Positions 9,888 through 21,057 of a stretch of 64,000 nt of DNA are shown here, piece by piece. The notes under the pieces are model-generated. The model worked only from the letters and a program-made list of their open reading frames with translations, did not search any database and was not told where the DNA came from. The DNA comes from Nitrosopumilus sp. (GTDB lineage Archaea > Thermoproteota > Nitrososphaeria > Nitrososphaerales > Nitrosopumilaceae), in assembly GCA_965205425.1 (NCBI GenBank), contig CBDBGZ010000009.1, positions 1,088,001 through 1,152,000 of the forward strand, written 5' to 3'. Positions within the stretch are counted from its first letter, which is position 1. The number at the start of each line of letters is the position of its first letter. A program made the position numbers and the translations under genes.

Positions 9888-11444
9888 TTATCCGCGGTAT
9901 TTTTTAGTTAATCCATAGAACATCATAGCTGGTGCTCCCACATACATTCCAAGATTCATCAGGATTACACCTATACCATATCCCAATATTTCAGAGTCAG
10001 ACTCTGCATATTCCATTATGGATAAAGATGATAACAGTGGAGTAATTCCAATTTTTACCATTTCTTTGAATACAGGATTTGCTCTTTCCATATCAGCAAT
10101 GTATGGTGAGAATGAATAATACAATTGGTTGAATCCAGTCATGAAGGACATGCCTGAAGCACTATTCATTAATTGATTATCTCTGATTTCCCTTAACAAC
10201 TGAACTTGAGGTGCCATCTCTGAGCCATATGTTGCAGTTGCAATTAGACAACCACCACCTTCTTTCTCGTCAAATGACTTCATTTCAGTTTGTTGTTTAA
10301 TATCTTGTGTAATTTCTGATTGTGTAGATGTATTTTCATCCCAAAGAATTTCTCCATCATATGTTATTTGTTTTAGTCCTTGCTGTCCAAGTTTTGTTAC
10401 TTTATCAGCTAGTGGAACATACAATAAACTTGATGAGTATTCTTGACCATCAGTAATCATCCAATTAATTAAATGGATTACAGCTTTTGCTTGTTCTTTG
10501 TTTTTAGTTACTGGTTTTAGATCATCATATACTAGCAAGTATGTGAAACTTGCAATAGGGTATGAGTTAGATCCGGGTGCATTTACAAGGGATACGCCTA
10601 CCCAACTATCTTTTGCAGCAGGTAAAGTATCAGCAACACCACTAGATGCAGCAGAAATGCTGTCTAGAGAGGGTTCAATGAATGCAGATTTCTCAGCATT
10701 TTGAATTGATGCATAAGTCATTCCAGTTTGAAACGCATAAGCAAGTTCAACATAACCGATAGAGTATTCTGTAGATTTTACAATTGTTGCAACGCCTTCA
10801 TTGCCAGCAGCAGCCAAGCCTAAAGGCCATGGAACAGATTTTCCTTTACCTACTAGTTCATCCCAAGTTGGACTAACTACTGAAAGATAATCCGTAAAGA
10901 TGAAAGTAGTTCCAGAGCCATCTGATCTGTGTGCTGTAACAATTGTTTTGTCAGGTAGTTTTAATCCTGGATTTTCTGCAACAATAGCAGGATCATTCCA
11001 TTTTGTGATTTCTCCCAAAAAGATTCCTGCAACTACATCAGCAGTTAACTTTAATCCTGTATTTGGAATTTCAGGAATGTTATACACTAAAACGACACCT
11101 CCAATAGACTCAGGGATGTGAAATGTTCCAGTAGCCAAATCTCTTTCTGCTTCACTCATAGGTTTATCAGATGCTGCAAAATTCACAGTTTTTTCGATAT
11201 GTTGTTTGATTCCACCACCACTTCCAATTGATTGATAATTGAGGTTGACATTGTCATAGACATTGTTGTATTCAACTCTCCACAAATCAATGAGGGGGAA
11301 TGGAAATGTTGCACCTGCTCCTGTCAAAGTAAATTCTACGTTTGGATCAGGTATATCAGGTGTTGTTGCTGCGTCTGCATACAGAGGAGTAATGATCGCT
11401 CCAAGTGCAGTCAATAAAATCAGTAACGATGTTTTTGTTTTCAT
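9888..11444 (-). CDS. pstS: Phosphate-binding protein PstS with C-terminal CFI-box-CTERM-type anchor
   Basis: GAGATFP, IGSGGG, HRSDGSGTT, IGYVE; C-terminal GGGCLIATATYGSE...TM helix. Confidence 0.93.
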   Translation of the reverse strand: MKTKTSLLILLTALGAIITPLYADAATTPDIPDPNVEFTLTGAGATFPFPLIDLWRVEYNNVYDNVNLNYQSIGSGGGIKQHIEKTVNFAASDKPMSEAERDLATGTFHIPESIGGVVLVYNIPEIPNTGLKLTADVVAGIFLGEITKWNDPAIVAENPGLKLPDKTIVTAHRSDGSGTTFIFTDYLSVVSPTWDELVGKGKSVPWPLGLAAAGNEGVATIVKSTEYSIGYVELAYAFQTGMTYASIQNAEKSAFIEPSLDSISAASSGVADTLPAAKDSWVGVSLVNAPGSNSYPIASFTYLLVYDDLKPVTKNKEQAKAVIHLINWMITDGQEYSSSLLYVPLADKVTKLGQQGLKQITYDGEILWDENTSTQSEITQDIKQQTEMKSFDEKEGGGCLIATATYGSEMAPQVQLLREIRDNQLMNSASGMSFMTGFNQLYYSFSPYIADMERANPVFKEMVKIGITPLLSSLSIMEYAESDSEILGYGIGVILMNLGMYVGAPAMMFYGLTKKYRG

Positions 11445-11760
11445 TGATTGATAACTTTGAAAAATCTATTTACAAATACTAGGCATAGATTATAGTAGTT
11501 CCATATACTATATAGAAAATTAATTCCAAACAAACAAAATGTAATGAATGAAAATCTAATATGATATAGATTCTATATTGGTTAGTCTTTTGAGATATTT
11601 TACAATACCACTTGTAATGACATCACAATCTTCCTTGAGCAACAAACCTGCCACAACTGAATTGCAGACAATCAACTATATTTTTAAACTTCTTGTTCAT
11701 CTTACTGCAATCAACACAAGTCTAAGCAATGATAGGAAGAAAAAACAGGAGGAATTTTAG

Positions 11761-11922
11761 TTGCCTGATGAATCATGTAGAAATTGTGGGAATATATTAC
11801 AAATTTTTTCAAAGTGTAATGAATGTAGAATAGTTGAACAGGAGATATGCTTCAAATGTAACAATAAAACAATGATGAAACATCATAATTGCTTAGTATT
11901 AAAAACATCTATGACTTGCTAA
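11761..11922 (+). CDS. Small Cys-rich zinc-finger-like protein (53 aa)
   Basis: TTG start after GGAGG; MPDESCRNCG...CNEC...CFKC...HHNC. Confidence 0.65.
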   Translation: MPDESCRNCGNILQIFSKCNECRIVEQEICFKCNNKTMMKHHNCLVLKTSMTC

Positions 11923-11974
11923 TACTAGATTTAATTCCGTAAAGAGTTGAACCATTTTTGAGAATTCTATTTTA

Positions 11975-12730
11975 TTATCTAGTTTTCAGTAAAGATTTGT
12001 GAATTTTAGTACCATATTGTAATGCTTTTTTTCGTTTCGTACATGATAGTTCTGGAACGTTCACCTCACTTGCTAATTTTCGTATAATATGTTTACGATA
12101 TAGATCTTCTGAATCATGAATTTTTTCAGAAATAGGAACAGTTTTTGCATATTCAATAAATTTTGGAGAAAGTAGTGGTTGTAGTATTTTAATTCCAAAT
12201 TCAGATGCTACTAAATTTACAGCCTTCATCATTTTCAATTCATTATATAATTTCGTAAGCATTACTTCATTGATTTGTGATTCTCCGCCAGAAAATGCTT
12301 CTCTATATGCATTATATCCGCAAAATAATTCATCGATCCCATTTGCAGTAATTACAGTATCAAGATCCAGAGAATTTGCCAGTTTTGAAACATAATGAAA
12401 AGCAATACAATTTTCATTCCAAGATAAATTGTCAGTCTTTATTGTTTGATTAATTTTTGAAGAAATAGATGCAAATGTATTTGGATCAATTTCTAAAATA
12501 TGGTGAGGGTATTTTAGAAATTCATTAACATGTTTTGCAAACAAAATATCATGTGATTCAGGAAATCCAATTGTAAGTAATGTAACATCAAAATCCATGT
12601 CTGAGCAAATTTTTGAAATTAATGTACTGTCAACTCCGCCGGAATAAGCAATTCCAATTTTCTTTACTTTGACAGTTTCAGAAATAGAAGTTTTGATATT
12701 TTCAAGTAATTTTGTGTTTATCTCATCCAT
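11975..12730 (-). CDS. Asparagine-synthase-like PP-loop ATPase (no glutaminase domain)
   Basis: IAYSGGVDS, GIDELFCGY, RKKKALQYG. Confidence 0.85.
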   Translation of the reverse strand: MDEINTKLLENIKTSISETVKVKKIGIAYSGGVDSTLISKICSDMDFDVTLLTIGFPESHDILFAKHVNEFLKYPHHILEIDPNTFASISSKINQTIKTDNLSWNENCIAFHYVSKLANSLDLDTVITANGIDELFCGYNAYREAFSGGESQINEVMLTKLYNELKMMKAVNLVASEFGIKILQPLLSPKFIEYAKTVPISEKIHDSEDLYRKHIIRKLASEVNVPELSCTKRKKALQYGTKIHKSLLKTR

Positions 12731-12802
12731 TTTTACTCACTCTTTACAATCCATAATGGGTAATGAATCAATCTTTTAATTTAACAATAAATCTAAAACA
12801 GT

Positions 12803-13081
12803 ATGATACGATTATCTCAACTAGACATTGAAGAGCAGTTAAAGGATCTTTCAGGATGGAGTGTTGTTAATGAAAAACTACACAAAGAATTTCAATTTGA
12901 TAGTTTCAATCAAGCTTTTGGGTTTATGACCAGAGCAGCTATGGAAATTGAAAAAATGAATCATCATCCAGAGTGGTTTAACGTATACAACAGACTCACA
13001 ATAGATTTGACAACTCATGATGCGGGCGGTATCACAAAAAATGATGTCAATCTAGCCAAAATTCTAAATTCTTTAGTATAG
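12803..13081 (+). CDS. Pterin-4a-carbinolamine dehydratase
   Basis: [24 protein letters not shown]. Confidence 0.93.
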   Translation: MIRLSQLDIEEQLKDLSGWSVVNEKLHKEFQFDSFNQAFGFMTRAAMEIEKMNHHPEWFNVYNRLTIDLTTHDAGGITKNDVNLAKILNSLV

Positions 13082-13149
13082 TAATTTAATAAGATTTTAG
13101 GCACGTTCATTACAGAATTTATATTATATCCATAGTCAGTTGACTTCAC

Positions 13150-13965
13150 ATGTCTTCAAGTCCTACAATTTTAGATTCAGATTTTAGATATATCGATAAA
13201 AAGGGAAATTTACTCAAAACTAGAACAGAATTAACAGTAGCTCAAATGCTTACATTTCTTGAACAGGGTTATGAATACAACCACAAAGTTACCCTAAAAA
13301 ATGGAACTGAAGTAACAATTGATTTCAAAACCGAAAAGGGATTGATTGAGGTTATTGATACAGATGAAGACATAGAGAAATACAAACAGGTCAAAGAAGA
13401 TTTTCCTGAAAATAAAGTAATGGCAATAGGACATGCAAAATATGTTGCACAAATTAAAGAATTACAAGATGTTGTATTTTATGATAAAACTCCACAAACA
13501 GGATCTATATTTTTAGAGGATGCATCATTCTCATTTGATTATGCACATATTCTTCCATTAGTTGAAAAATGTTCTATACTTCATGGACATACATCTTCTG
13601 TAATGGTTGAACTTGTAGGACAGATGAAAGATAATCTTCTTTTAGATTTTGGAGAGGCTAAAAAAATTATCAAAGAAGTAGTCAATGTGTTTGATCATAA
13701 ATTTTTCATCAATAAAAAATATTTACAGAAAGAAGATGATTCTCATTATCAAATACAATTTGAAGGTCCAAAAGGAATGTTTGAGTTACAAGTTCCAAAA
13801 AATACAACATATCTATTAGAAGGTGAAGCTACAGTTGAAAATCTTTCAAGTGAAATTATCAAATTATTAGTAACAAAAATGCCATCAAATGTAGAGGCAG
13901 TGGGTGTGTACATCTATGAAGGTTACAATAAAGGATCTCATATTATTTCAAACATAGAAAGATAA
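13150..13965 (+). CDS. 6-carboxy/6-pyruvoyl-tetrahydropterin synthase (QueD/PTPS) with extra N-terminal domain
   Basis: FDYAH...C..LHGH, LDFGE, FDHKF, TVENL in the C-terminal 150 aa. Confidence 0.88.
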   Translation: MSSSPTILDSDFRYIDKKGNLLKTRTELTVAQMLTFLEQGYEYNHKVTLKNGTEVTIDFKTEKGLIEVIDTDEDIEKYKQVKEDFPENKVMAIGHAKYVAQIKELQDVVFYDKTPQTGSIFLEDASFSFDYAHILPLVEKCSILHGHTSSVMVELVGQMKDNLLLDFGEAKKIIKEVVNVFDHKFFINKKYLQKEDDSHYQIQFEGPKGMFELQVPKNTTYLLEGEATVENLSSEIIKLLVTKMPSNVEAVGVYIYEGYNKGSHIISNIER

Positions 13966-13972
13966 TTAGAAA

Positions 13973-16291
13973 ATGGACCCTAAAATATCAGAAAAAGCAT
14001 GGAACCCAGAATTAGAAAAAGAAATTCTGAAACAATGGGATGAAGAAAAAATTTATGATTTTACACCACAAGATGACAATTATACAATAGATACACCTCC
14101 TCCATATCCATCAGGTAGACCTTGGCATATTGGTGCTGCAGCACATTATTCACAAATTGATATGATAGCAAGAACTGCAAGAATGGCAGGCAAAAATGTC
14201 TATTTCCCAATAGGAATTGACAGGAATGGACTTCCAGTAGAACTCTACACTGAAAAAAAACACAAAATTCGAATGAGAGAAACAGAAAGAGGTGAATTTC
14301 TAAATCTATGTAGAGACGCACTAGATGATTTAGAAGCTGAGATGATTCTCATTATGAAAAGTTTGGGTCTGAGTGGGGATTTTGCAAATTACTATAGAAC
14401 AGATTCAGAAGAATACAGAACTCTTACTCAATCAACATTCATTGATTTGTGGAAGAAAGGACAAGTGTATCTTGCAAATAGACCAAATAATTATGATTGG
14501 GTATCAGGTACAACAATAGCTGATGCAGAAATAATCTATGAAGATTTACCTACAAAACTGACTTACATGAAATTTAAAATTAAAGATACAGACAAAGAAA
14601 TAATCATTGCAAGTACAAGACCAGAATTGCTTTGTGCATGTAGAACAATTATTGTGAATCCTGAAGATGAAAGATATACACAATATATTGGAAAGAAAAT
14701 CATTGTTCCAATTACTAATGTAGAAGTTGAATTAAGAACACATCATTCTGCTCAACAAGAATTTGGTTCAGGAGTTGTAATGGTGTGTAGTTATGGTGAT
14801 CAAAATGATGTTGCATTATTTAGAGAGTTAGAATTAGAAGAGATTGTTGCAATCGGATTAGATGGAAGAATGACTGAAGTTGCAGGTGAATATACAGGAT
14901 TAAAACCAAAACAAGCAAGAACAAAAATCATAGAAGATTTAGAAACAAACGGATTTTTGGATAAAGTTGAAGATATTGTTCATAGAACACCAGTTTCAGA
15001 GAGAAGTAAAACACCAATAGAAATTATTCCAATGGAAGAATACTATCTAAAACAAAAAGAGGCCGTTGGGAAAATCAAAAAATTAGGAAAAGAAATCACA
15101 TTTCATCCATCAATGCATAAACAGATTCTAATGAATTGGTTGGAATCAATCAATATCGACTGGCCAATATCAAGAAGAAGGTATTATGGTACTGAAATCC
15201 CGATTTGGTACTGTAAAAATTGCTCAGAACCACATCTTCCTGAGCCTGGAAAATACTATAGACCATGGGAGGAAAAGTGTCCAATTAGTAATTGTACTAA
15301 ATGTGATTCCACTGAATTTGTTGGAGAAGAACGAACATTTGATACATGGATGGATTCGAGTGTATCTCCGCTTTTCATAAGTAAATTTAACAGAGATGAT
15401 GAATTTTTCAAAAAAGTATATCCTGCATCAATAAGACCTCAAGCAAAAGATATTGTTAGAACTTGGTTATACTATACCCTTCTAAGATGTGAACAACTTA
15501 CTGGAGAAAAACCATGGTCTGAAGCTTGGGTAATGGGATACGGTCTAGATGAAAAAGGGATGAAAATGAGTAAAAGTAAAGGAAATGCAATAGATCCATT
15601 ACCTGTAATTGAAAAATTAGGTGCGGATACTTTTAGATTTTGGAGTGCAAGTGAGATTAATCATGGGTATGATTTCAGATGTAATGAACAAAAAATTGAA
15701 TCTACAAAAAAATTCCTTAGTAAATTATGGAATGTATCAAGATTTTTGTCTAGCTTTCCAGTAATTGAATCAGGAAAACTTTCTTCATCGGATGAATGGA
15801 TTTTATCTGAATTAGATAAATTAGTCAAAGAATGTAAAAAAGGATATAAAGATTATAATTTCTTCATTCCTGCAATTGCAATTAGGGAATTTACATGGAA
15901 TGTTTTTGCAGCACATTATATTGAAATGGTAAAAGCAAGAGCATATGGAATTGATTTTTCTGATGAAGAAAGAGATGGTGCAATATTTACTCTACACAAA
16001 ACTCTATCAACAATTTTAAAATTATTAGCACCAATTACTCCATTTATTACAGAACATCTTTGGAAAGAATTGTATTCAAAAGACAGTATTCATAAAGAAA
16101 AACATGTCGAACCTGAAAATATTGAGGAACAAAGTAATGTTACAAAAGAAATTTCAGAGTTTAATTCAAAAGTTTGGAATGAGAAAAAATCTCAAAACTT
16201 ATCATTAAAAGATTCAATCAAAATAGAAATTCCTGAATCATTAGAACCATTCAGAAAAGATTTAAAATCCATGCATAATTTGTTGGATTGA
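13973..16291 (+). CDS. valS: Valine--tRNA ligase
   Basis: DTPPPYPSG..HIG, TRPELL, DWPISR, KMSKSKGN. Confidence 0.95.
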   Translation: MDPKISEKAWNPELEKEILKQWDEEKIYDFTPQDDNYTIDTPPPYPSGRPWHIGAAAHYSQIDMIARTARMAGKNVYFPIGIDRNGLPVELYTEKKHKIRMRETERGEFLNLCRDALDDLEAEMILIMKSLGLSGDFANYYRTDSEEYRTLTQSTFIDLWKKGQVYLANRPNNYDWVSGTTIADAEIIYEDLPTKLTYMKFKIKDTDKEIIIASTRPELLCACRTIIVNPEDERYTQYIGKKIIVPITNVEVELRTHHSAQQEFGSGVVMVCSYGDQNDVALFRELELEEIVAIGLDGRMTEVAGEYTGLKPKQARTKIIEDLETNGFLDKVEDIVHRTPVSERSKTPIEIIPMEEYYLKQKEAVGKIKKLGKEITFHPSMHKQILMNWLESINIDWPISRRRYYGTEIPIWYCKNCSEPHLPEPGKYYRPWEEKCPISNCTKCDSTEFVGEERTFDTWMDSSVSPLFISKFNRDDEFFKKVYPASIRPQAKDIVRTWLYYTLLRCEQLTGEKPWSEAWVMGYGLDEKGMKMSKSKGNAIDPLPVIEKLGADTFRFWSASEINHGYDFRCNEQKIESTKKFLSKLWNVSRFLSSFPVIESGKLSSSDEWILSELDKLVKECKKGYKDYNFFIPAIAIREFTWNVFAAHYIEMVKARAYGIDFSDEERDGAIFTLHKTLSTILKLLAPITPFITEHLWKELYSKDSIHKEKHVEPENIEEQSNVTKEISEFNSKVWNEKKSQNLSLKDSIKIEIPESLEPFRKDLKSMHNLLD

Positions 16292-16329
16292 GCCTGATTA
16301 CACTTACTTAGAATTCATTGTTTTGTAGT

Positions 16330-16947
16330 TTAATTTTTTGATGTATTTACAAGATTGATAAAATATTTGTGAATTGCGGTGTCTTCAGTTAGTTCAGGAT
16401 GAAATGAAGTTCCAATCACATTGCCTTTTTTGATTGCAACAATACGATCATTGAATTTTGATAATATTTCTACATCTGAACCAACATCAGAAACAGATGG
16501 TGCTCTAATGAAAACTCCATTGAATTTTGGAATATTGATTGAATCTAATGTTATATCTGATTCAAATGATTCTTTTTGTCTTCCAAATGAATTTCTCTCT
16601 AATTTAATGTCAAAAATATCCAATAGTGGTTGATCAATTTTACCTACAACACGATCATCTGCTGTATTTGACAACATAATCATACCAGCACATATTCCAA
16701 GTACAGGCATACCATTTTGGATTTTTTCTTTTAGAATCTTAAGGGAACCATTTACCAGAGATAATTGACCAATAGTAGTACTCTCGCCTCCAGGAATAAT
16801 CAAACCATCTATTTGTGAAATTTCTTCAGGAGTTCTTACATCAATTACCTGTCCATCAATTCCTAATTCATCAACAGCAGCTTTTGCGGAGATAAGGTTT
16901 TCTTGAACATCTCCTTGAATAGACAATACACCAACAGTGAGACTCAT
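16330..16947 (-). CDS. pdxT: PLP synthase glutaminase subunit
   Basis: [25 protein letters not shown]. Confidence 0.96.
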   Translation of the reverse strand: MSLTVGVLSIQGDVQENLISAKAAVDELGIDGQVIDVRTPEEISQIDGLIIPGGESTTIGQLSLVNGSLKILKEKIQNGMPVLGICAGMIMLSNTADDRVVGKIDQPLLDIFDIKLERNSFGRQKESFESDITLDSINIPKFNGVFIRAPSVSDVGSDVEILSKFNDRIVAIKKGNVIGTSFHPELTEDTAIHKYFINLVNTSKN

Positions 16948-17912
16948 GCTGAACCACCACGATCTTGCATACGTAATTCTAAAGTGTTAACATCTAATCC
17001 AATCATAGATTGTCTTTCATCAATCATTTTTTGGGCTTCTTTGACTTTATCAGATTCATTCCAAAAAGTAGTAGCTAAAACAATTGCTCTTGCTCTCTCT
17101 TTTGCATCATCTGAATTGAAAATTCCAGAGCCAACAAAAATACCATCACAGCCTAGAGACATCAAATATGCTGCATCAGCAGGTGTTGCAATTCCACCAG
17201 CTGCAAAATTAACAACAGGTAATCTGCCTAGTTTAGCAGTTTGTTCAACAATATCATATGATACTTTGAATTCTCTTGCCATTCTAACTAAATCTTGATT
17301 ATCTCCAGAATCATAAATTGATTTTATTGTTCTTAATTCATCATTTACTTTTTTGATATGTTTGATAGCTTCGGCAACATTTCCAGTTCCAGGTTCTCCT
17401 TTTGTTCTAATCATTGAAGCTCCTTCTTCAATTCTTCGCAAAGCTTCTGCCAAAGATCTTGCACCATTTACAACAGGAGTAGTAAAATCCCATTTCCAAA
17501 TGTGTCGAAGTTCATCAGCAGGTGTTAAAACTTCAGATTCATCAATCATATCAACATCAGTTTCTTGTAATACTAGTGCTTCATTGACATGTCCAATTCT
17601 ACATTTAGCCATTACCGGAATTGTTACAGAATCCATAATTTCTTCAATAATTCTAATACTTGCAGTTCGTGCAACGCCACCAGCTTTTCTAACTTCAGAT
17701 GGAAGTTTATCTAAAACCATTACAGAAACTGCACCAGCTTCTTCTGCAATTTGAGCTTGTTCCACAGTTGTTACATCCATTACAACTCCATTCTTCAGCA
17801 TATGTGCAAAACCTCGTTTTACAGTAGAAGAACCACGTAAAGTATCAATAGAATTTAGTTTATCTGGAGTTATTCCTTTTGCATCTTTTCGTTCACCAGA
17901 TAATGGAAGCAT
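16944..17912 (-). CDS. pdxS: PLP synthase lyase subunit
   Basis: [38 protein letters not shown]. Confidence 0.97.
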   Translation of the reverse strand: MLPLSGERKDAKGITPDKLNSIDTLRGSSTVKRGFAHMLKNGVVMDVTTVEQAQIAEEAGAVSVMVLDKLPSEVRKAGGVARTASIRIIEEIMDSVTIPVMAKCRIGHVNEALVLQETDVDMIDESEVLTPADELRHIWKWDFTTPVVNGARSLAEALRRIEEGASMIRTKGEPGTGNVAEAIKHIKKVNDELRTIKSIYDSGDNQDLVRMAREFKVSYDIVEQTAKLGRLPVVNFAAGGIATPADAAYLMSLGCDGIFVGSGIFNSDDAKERARAIVLATTFWNESDKVKEAQKMIDERQSMIGLDVNTLELRMQDRGGSA

Positions 17913-17942
17913 GTTCTAATTTTTCTTAAAGACTATTTGTAT

Positions 17943-18503
17943 CTATTCACTAAATTCAGACATAATCAAATCGAGTTCTAATTCAACCATAGTAATTATT
18001 GGCGGAATAAAATCTTCTGTGACATTTTGTTGGGGCCAATGAATTTGATTGACTTTCCCATTAAGAGTAACTTTGACATTTGATTTTTGGTACTCAGTTG
18101 CATTATCCATTACTACAAAAGATTCAGAAGGAATTGCAATAAAACCAGTTTCTTTAATCAATGCTTTAATTTTGTTAAGTTTTGCTTCATCTAATTGAGA
18201 ACGTATATCAGGACTGAGATATCCATTTTCAGTGACTGAATATTTTAATTCTCCATCATTTTTGATGTATAGAATTTCAGTTTTTTGCGCTCCAACTCTT
18301 TCTGTAACACCATAAGAAATTTTCTTTAACTGGTGTTTAGTATACTCAATTTCAAGTCTATCAGTATAATTTGAAGCAGATGTTGGAATTTCATTTTTTA
18401 ATATTAATGGAGTTACAAGTAGCAGAGCTGCAATTACAGGAATAGCACCTAAAACTAAGTAAACTGTTTTTACCATTTTACTGCAAATACTGTCAATTTG
18501 CAA
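17943..18503 (-). CDS. Hypothetical membrane-anchored protein (start may be the ATG at 18476)
   Basis: Open frame with N-terminal TM helix. Confidence 0.7.
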   Translation of the reverse strand: MQIDSICSKMVKTVYLVLGAIPVIAALLLVTPLILKNEIPTSASNYTDRLEIEYTKHQLKKISYGVTERVGAQKTEILYIKNDGELKYSVTENGYLSPDIRSQLDEAKLNKIKALIKETGFIAIPSESFVVMDNATEYQKSNVKVTLNGKVNQIHWPQQNVTEDFIPPIITMVELELDLIMSEFSE

Positions 18504-18552
18504 ATAAATCTTAGTAATAGTTAAAATTCAAGCAGAATATTTCGATTCTTGT

Positions 18553-18629
18553 GGGTCTATAGCCTAGCCTGGTAGGGCGATGGTCTCCAAAACCATCGAT
18601 CGTCGGTTCAAATCCGATTGGGCCCACCA
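18553..18629 (+). tRNA. tRNA-Trp(CCA), intronless, 3' CCA encoded
   Basis: GGGTCTA/TGGGCCC acceptor; ATGGT-CTCCAAA-ACCAT anticodon arm; GTCGG-TTCAAAT-CCGAT T arm. Confidence 0.95.
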
Positions 18630-18637
18630 TTATTTTA

Positions 18638-20902
18638 TTATCTATTTCTCAAAACATTGAGTGCAGAGCCAGACTTGAACCATTCAATTTGTGAATTATT
18701 GTATGAATGATTTAGCATAATTTCATCTTTGCTTCCATCATAATGTGAGATGATACATTTGACTTGTTTGTCGGGTTGAATATCATTTAGACCAAGTAAA
18801 CTAATTTTATCATCTTCTAAAATTTTTTCATAATCATCAGGATTACTAAATGTTAAAGCTAAGATGCCTTGCTTTTTCAAATTTGTTTCATGAATTCTTG
18901 CCAAACTTTTTGTAATTACTGCTGCACATCCTAAATAACGAGGAGACATTGCAGCATGTTCTCTACTACTACCCTCTCCATAATTTTTGTCACCAATTAT
19001 TACCCATCTCATTTGATTTTCTTTGTATTGTCTTGCAATGCTTGAAAAAGATTCAATGTTATTATTTAGAAAGTTCTTGCCTTCTCCTACTTTATCATTA
19101 AATGCATTTACTGCTCCTAACAGCATATTATCACTTAGATTATCCAAGTGACCACGTAACGATAGCCATGCGCCGGCTGGAGAAATGTGATCAGTAGTAC
19201 ATTTACCTTTAGCTTTTACCATAATTGGAATTTCTTCAAAATCTTTACCATCCCACTTTGAAAATGGCTCTAAACGTTGTAGTCTCTTACTATTTGGATC
19301 AATTAAGACTTCAACATCATCAGAATTGGAAGGAGGGGTAACAAAGATACCTTCAGGTCTCATGAAACCTTCTTCAGGTACTTCTGGTGCAGATTTTGGA
19401 GGTTCAAGTTTGAATTTTGTTCCATCAGATGCAATTAGATCATCCTTTAATGGATTAAATGATAGTTTTCCACCTAATGCTAATGCAATAATCATTTCAG
19501 GACTGCCAATAAAATTAAGGGTATTTCTACGTCCATCATTTCGTCCTGGGAAATTTCTGTTAAATGTTGTAACAATAGTATTTTGTTGATCATTTTCTAG
19601 TTCTGGTCTATTCCATTGTCCAATACAAGGACCACATGCATTTGCTAATACTGTTGCACCAATATCTTTTAGAGAATCCATTTGTCCATCCCGCTCTATA
19701 GTTCCACGAATTTGTTCAGAGCCAGGAGTAACAAGTAAAGGAATTTTTGCTTTAATACCCTTGGCTTTTGCTTGTTCAGCTATACTTGCTGCTCTTGACA
19801 TGTCTTCATATGATGAATTGGTACAGCTCCCCATCAAAGCAACAGAAATTGGATCAACATAGTCTTTTGATACTACATCATCAGATAATTCTGAAATGGT
19901 TCTTGCCAAATCAGGAGTATGAGGCCCAACAATATGTGGTTCTAATGTTGAAAGATTAATTTCAATTACTCTATCAAAGAATTTTTCAGGGTTAGATTCA
20001 ACTTCAGAATCTGCAACAAGTGATTCTTTATTTTGATTTGCTAATTCAGCAATGTTCTCTCTGTTTGTATATTTTAGATAGGTTTCCATTCGTTCATCAT
20101 ATGGAAAGATAGAACATGTTGCTCCAATTTCAGCTCCCATGTTAGTTATTGTTGCTTTTCCTGTACAACTGATATATTTTGTTCCAGATCCAAAGTATTC
20201 AACAATTGCATTTGTACCCCCAGATACTGTTAATTCATCAGCAACTTTCAAAATGATATCTTTAGGTGCTGTCCATCCATTAAGTTCTCCAGTAAGTTTA
20301 ACACCTATTCTTTTAGGATAAAGTAATTCCCAAGGCATACCAGCCATAGTTTCAGCAGCATCTAATCCACCAACACCAATAGCAATCATGCCAAGACCTC
20401 CAGCATTTGGAGTATGAGAATCTGTACCAATCATTAATCCACCAGGGAATGCATAATTTTCAAGAACAACTTGATGAATAATTCCTGCACCAGGTTTCCA
20501 AAATCCACATCCATATTTTGCGCAAGCTGATTGAAGGAATTTGAAAACTTCACTATTTTCATCAAGAGAAACTTTCATGTCAATGTCTCCTTGAACTTCT
20601 GCTCTAATGAGATGATCACAATGTACAGTTGTAGGTAAAGATGTTTGTTTGAGTCCTGCTTGCATAAATTGAAGCATCACCATTTGACCTGTAACATCTT
20701 GTAATGCAACTCTATCTGGTTTTAAAAATACATAATCTTTACCACCTGAATATTCAGTCTCATCAATATTGTTAAAATGACCAGATAAGATTTTCTCAGT
20801 TAAAGTTAATGGTCTTCCTACAACATTTCGATATTTTACAATATTTTCTTTTAATTTTAAATAAACATTAGAAACAAGTTCAGAAGTTGTATCAGTTTCC
20901 AC
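18638..20902 (-). CDS. Aconitate hydratase
   Basis: HCDHLI, GTDSHT, GSCTNSS, ANACGPCIGQW, TTDHISPAG, YGEGSSREHAA. Confidence 0.96.
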   Translation of the reverse strand: METDTTSELVSNVYLKLKENIVKYRNVVGRPLTLTEKILSGHFNNIDETEYSGGKDYVFLKPDRVALQDVTGQMVMLQFMQAGLKQTSLPTTVHCDHLIRAEVQGDIDMKVSLDENSEVFKFLQSACAKYGCGFWKPGAGIIHQVVLENYAFPGGLMIGTDSHTPNAGGLGMIAIGVGGLDAAETMAGMPWELLYPKRIGVKLTGELNGWTAPKDIILKVADELTVSGGTNAIVEYFGSGTKYISCTGKATITNMGAEIGATCSIFPYDERMETYLKYTNRENIAELANQNKESLVADSEVESNPEKFFDRVIEINLSTLEPHIVGPHTPDLARTISELSDDVVSKDYVDPISVALMGSCTNSSYEDMSRAASIAEQAKAKGIKAKIPLLVTPGSEQIRGTIERDGQMDSLKDIGATVLANACGPCIGQWNRPELENDQQNTIVTTFNRNFPGRNDGRRNTLNFIGSPEMIIALALGGKLSFNPLKDDLIASDGTKFKLEPPKSAPEVPEEGFMRPEGIFVTPPSNSDDVEVLIDPNSKRLQRLEPFSKWDGKDFEEIPIMVKAKGKCTTDHISPAGAWLSLRGHLDNLSDNMLLGAVNAFNDKVGEGKNFLNNNIESFSSIARQYKENQMRWVIIGDKNYGEGSSREHAAMSPRYLGCAAVITKSLARIHETNLKKQGILALTFSNPDDYEKILEDDKISLLGLNDIQPDKQVKCIISHYDGSKDEIMLNHSYNNSQIEWFKSGSALNVLRNR

Positions 20903-21057
20903 AATATGCGAAGAATTAATCCCGAATTTAATATTTACAATTAAAAAATTAAAGAAATTCTTTCAACAGGCATGTTAATTCTCAACAATTATAAGCCAAA
21001 AGCAGCTTTTTAATGCAGTGTTGGGGAGTTGCAAATTTTCTAAATTGAGGTATAATT

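Noticed and set aside
11578..11760. 60-aa ORF upstream of the zinc-finger microprotein
   Set aside because: TTG start inside the pstS promoter region and no recognisable features; not supportable.
18553..18629. tRNA genes as prophage/ICE attachment sites
   Set aside because: No duplicated tRNA 3' end or integrase seen next to any of the five tRNAs in this window.
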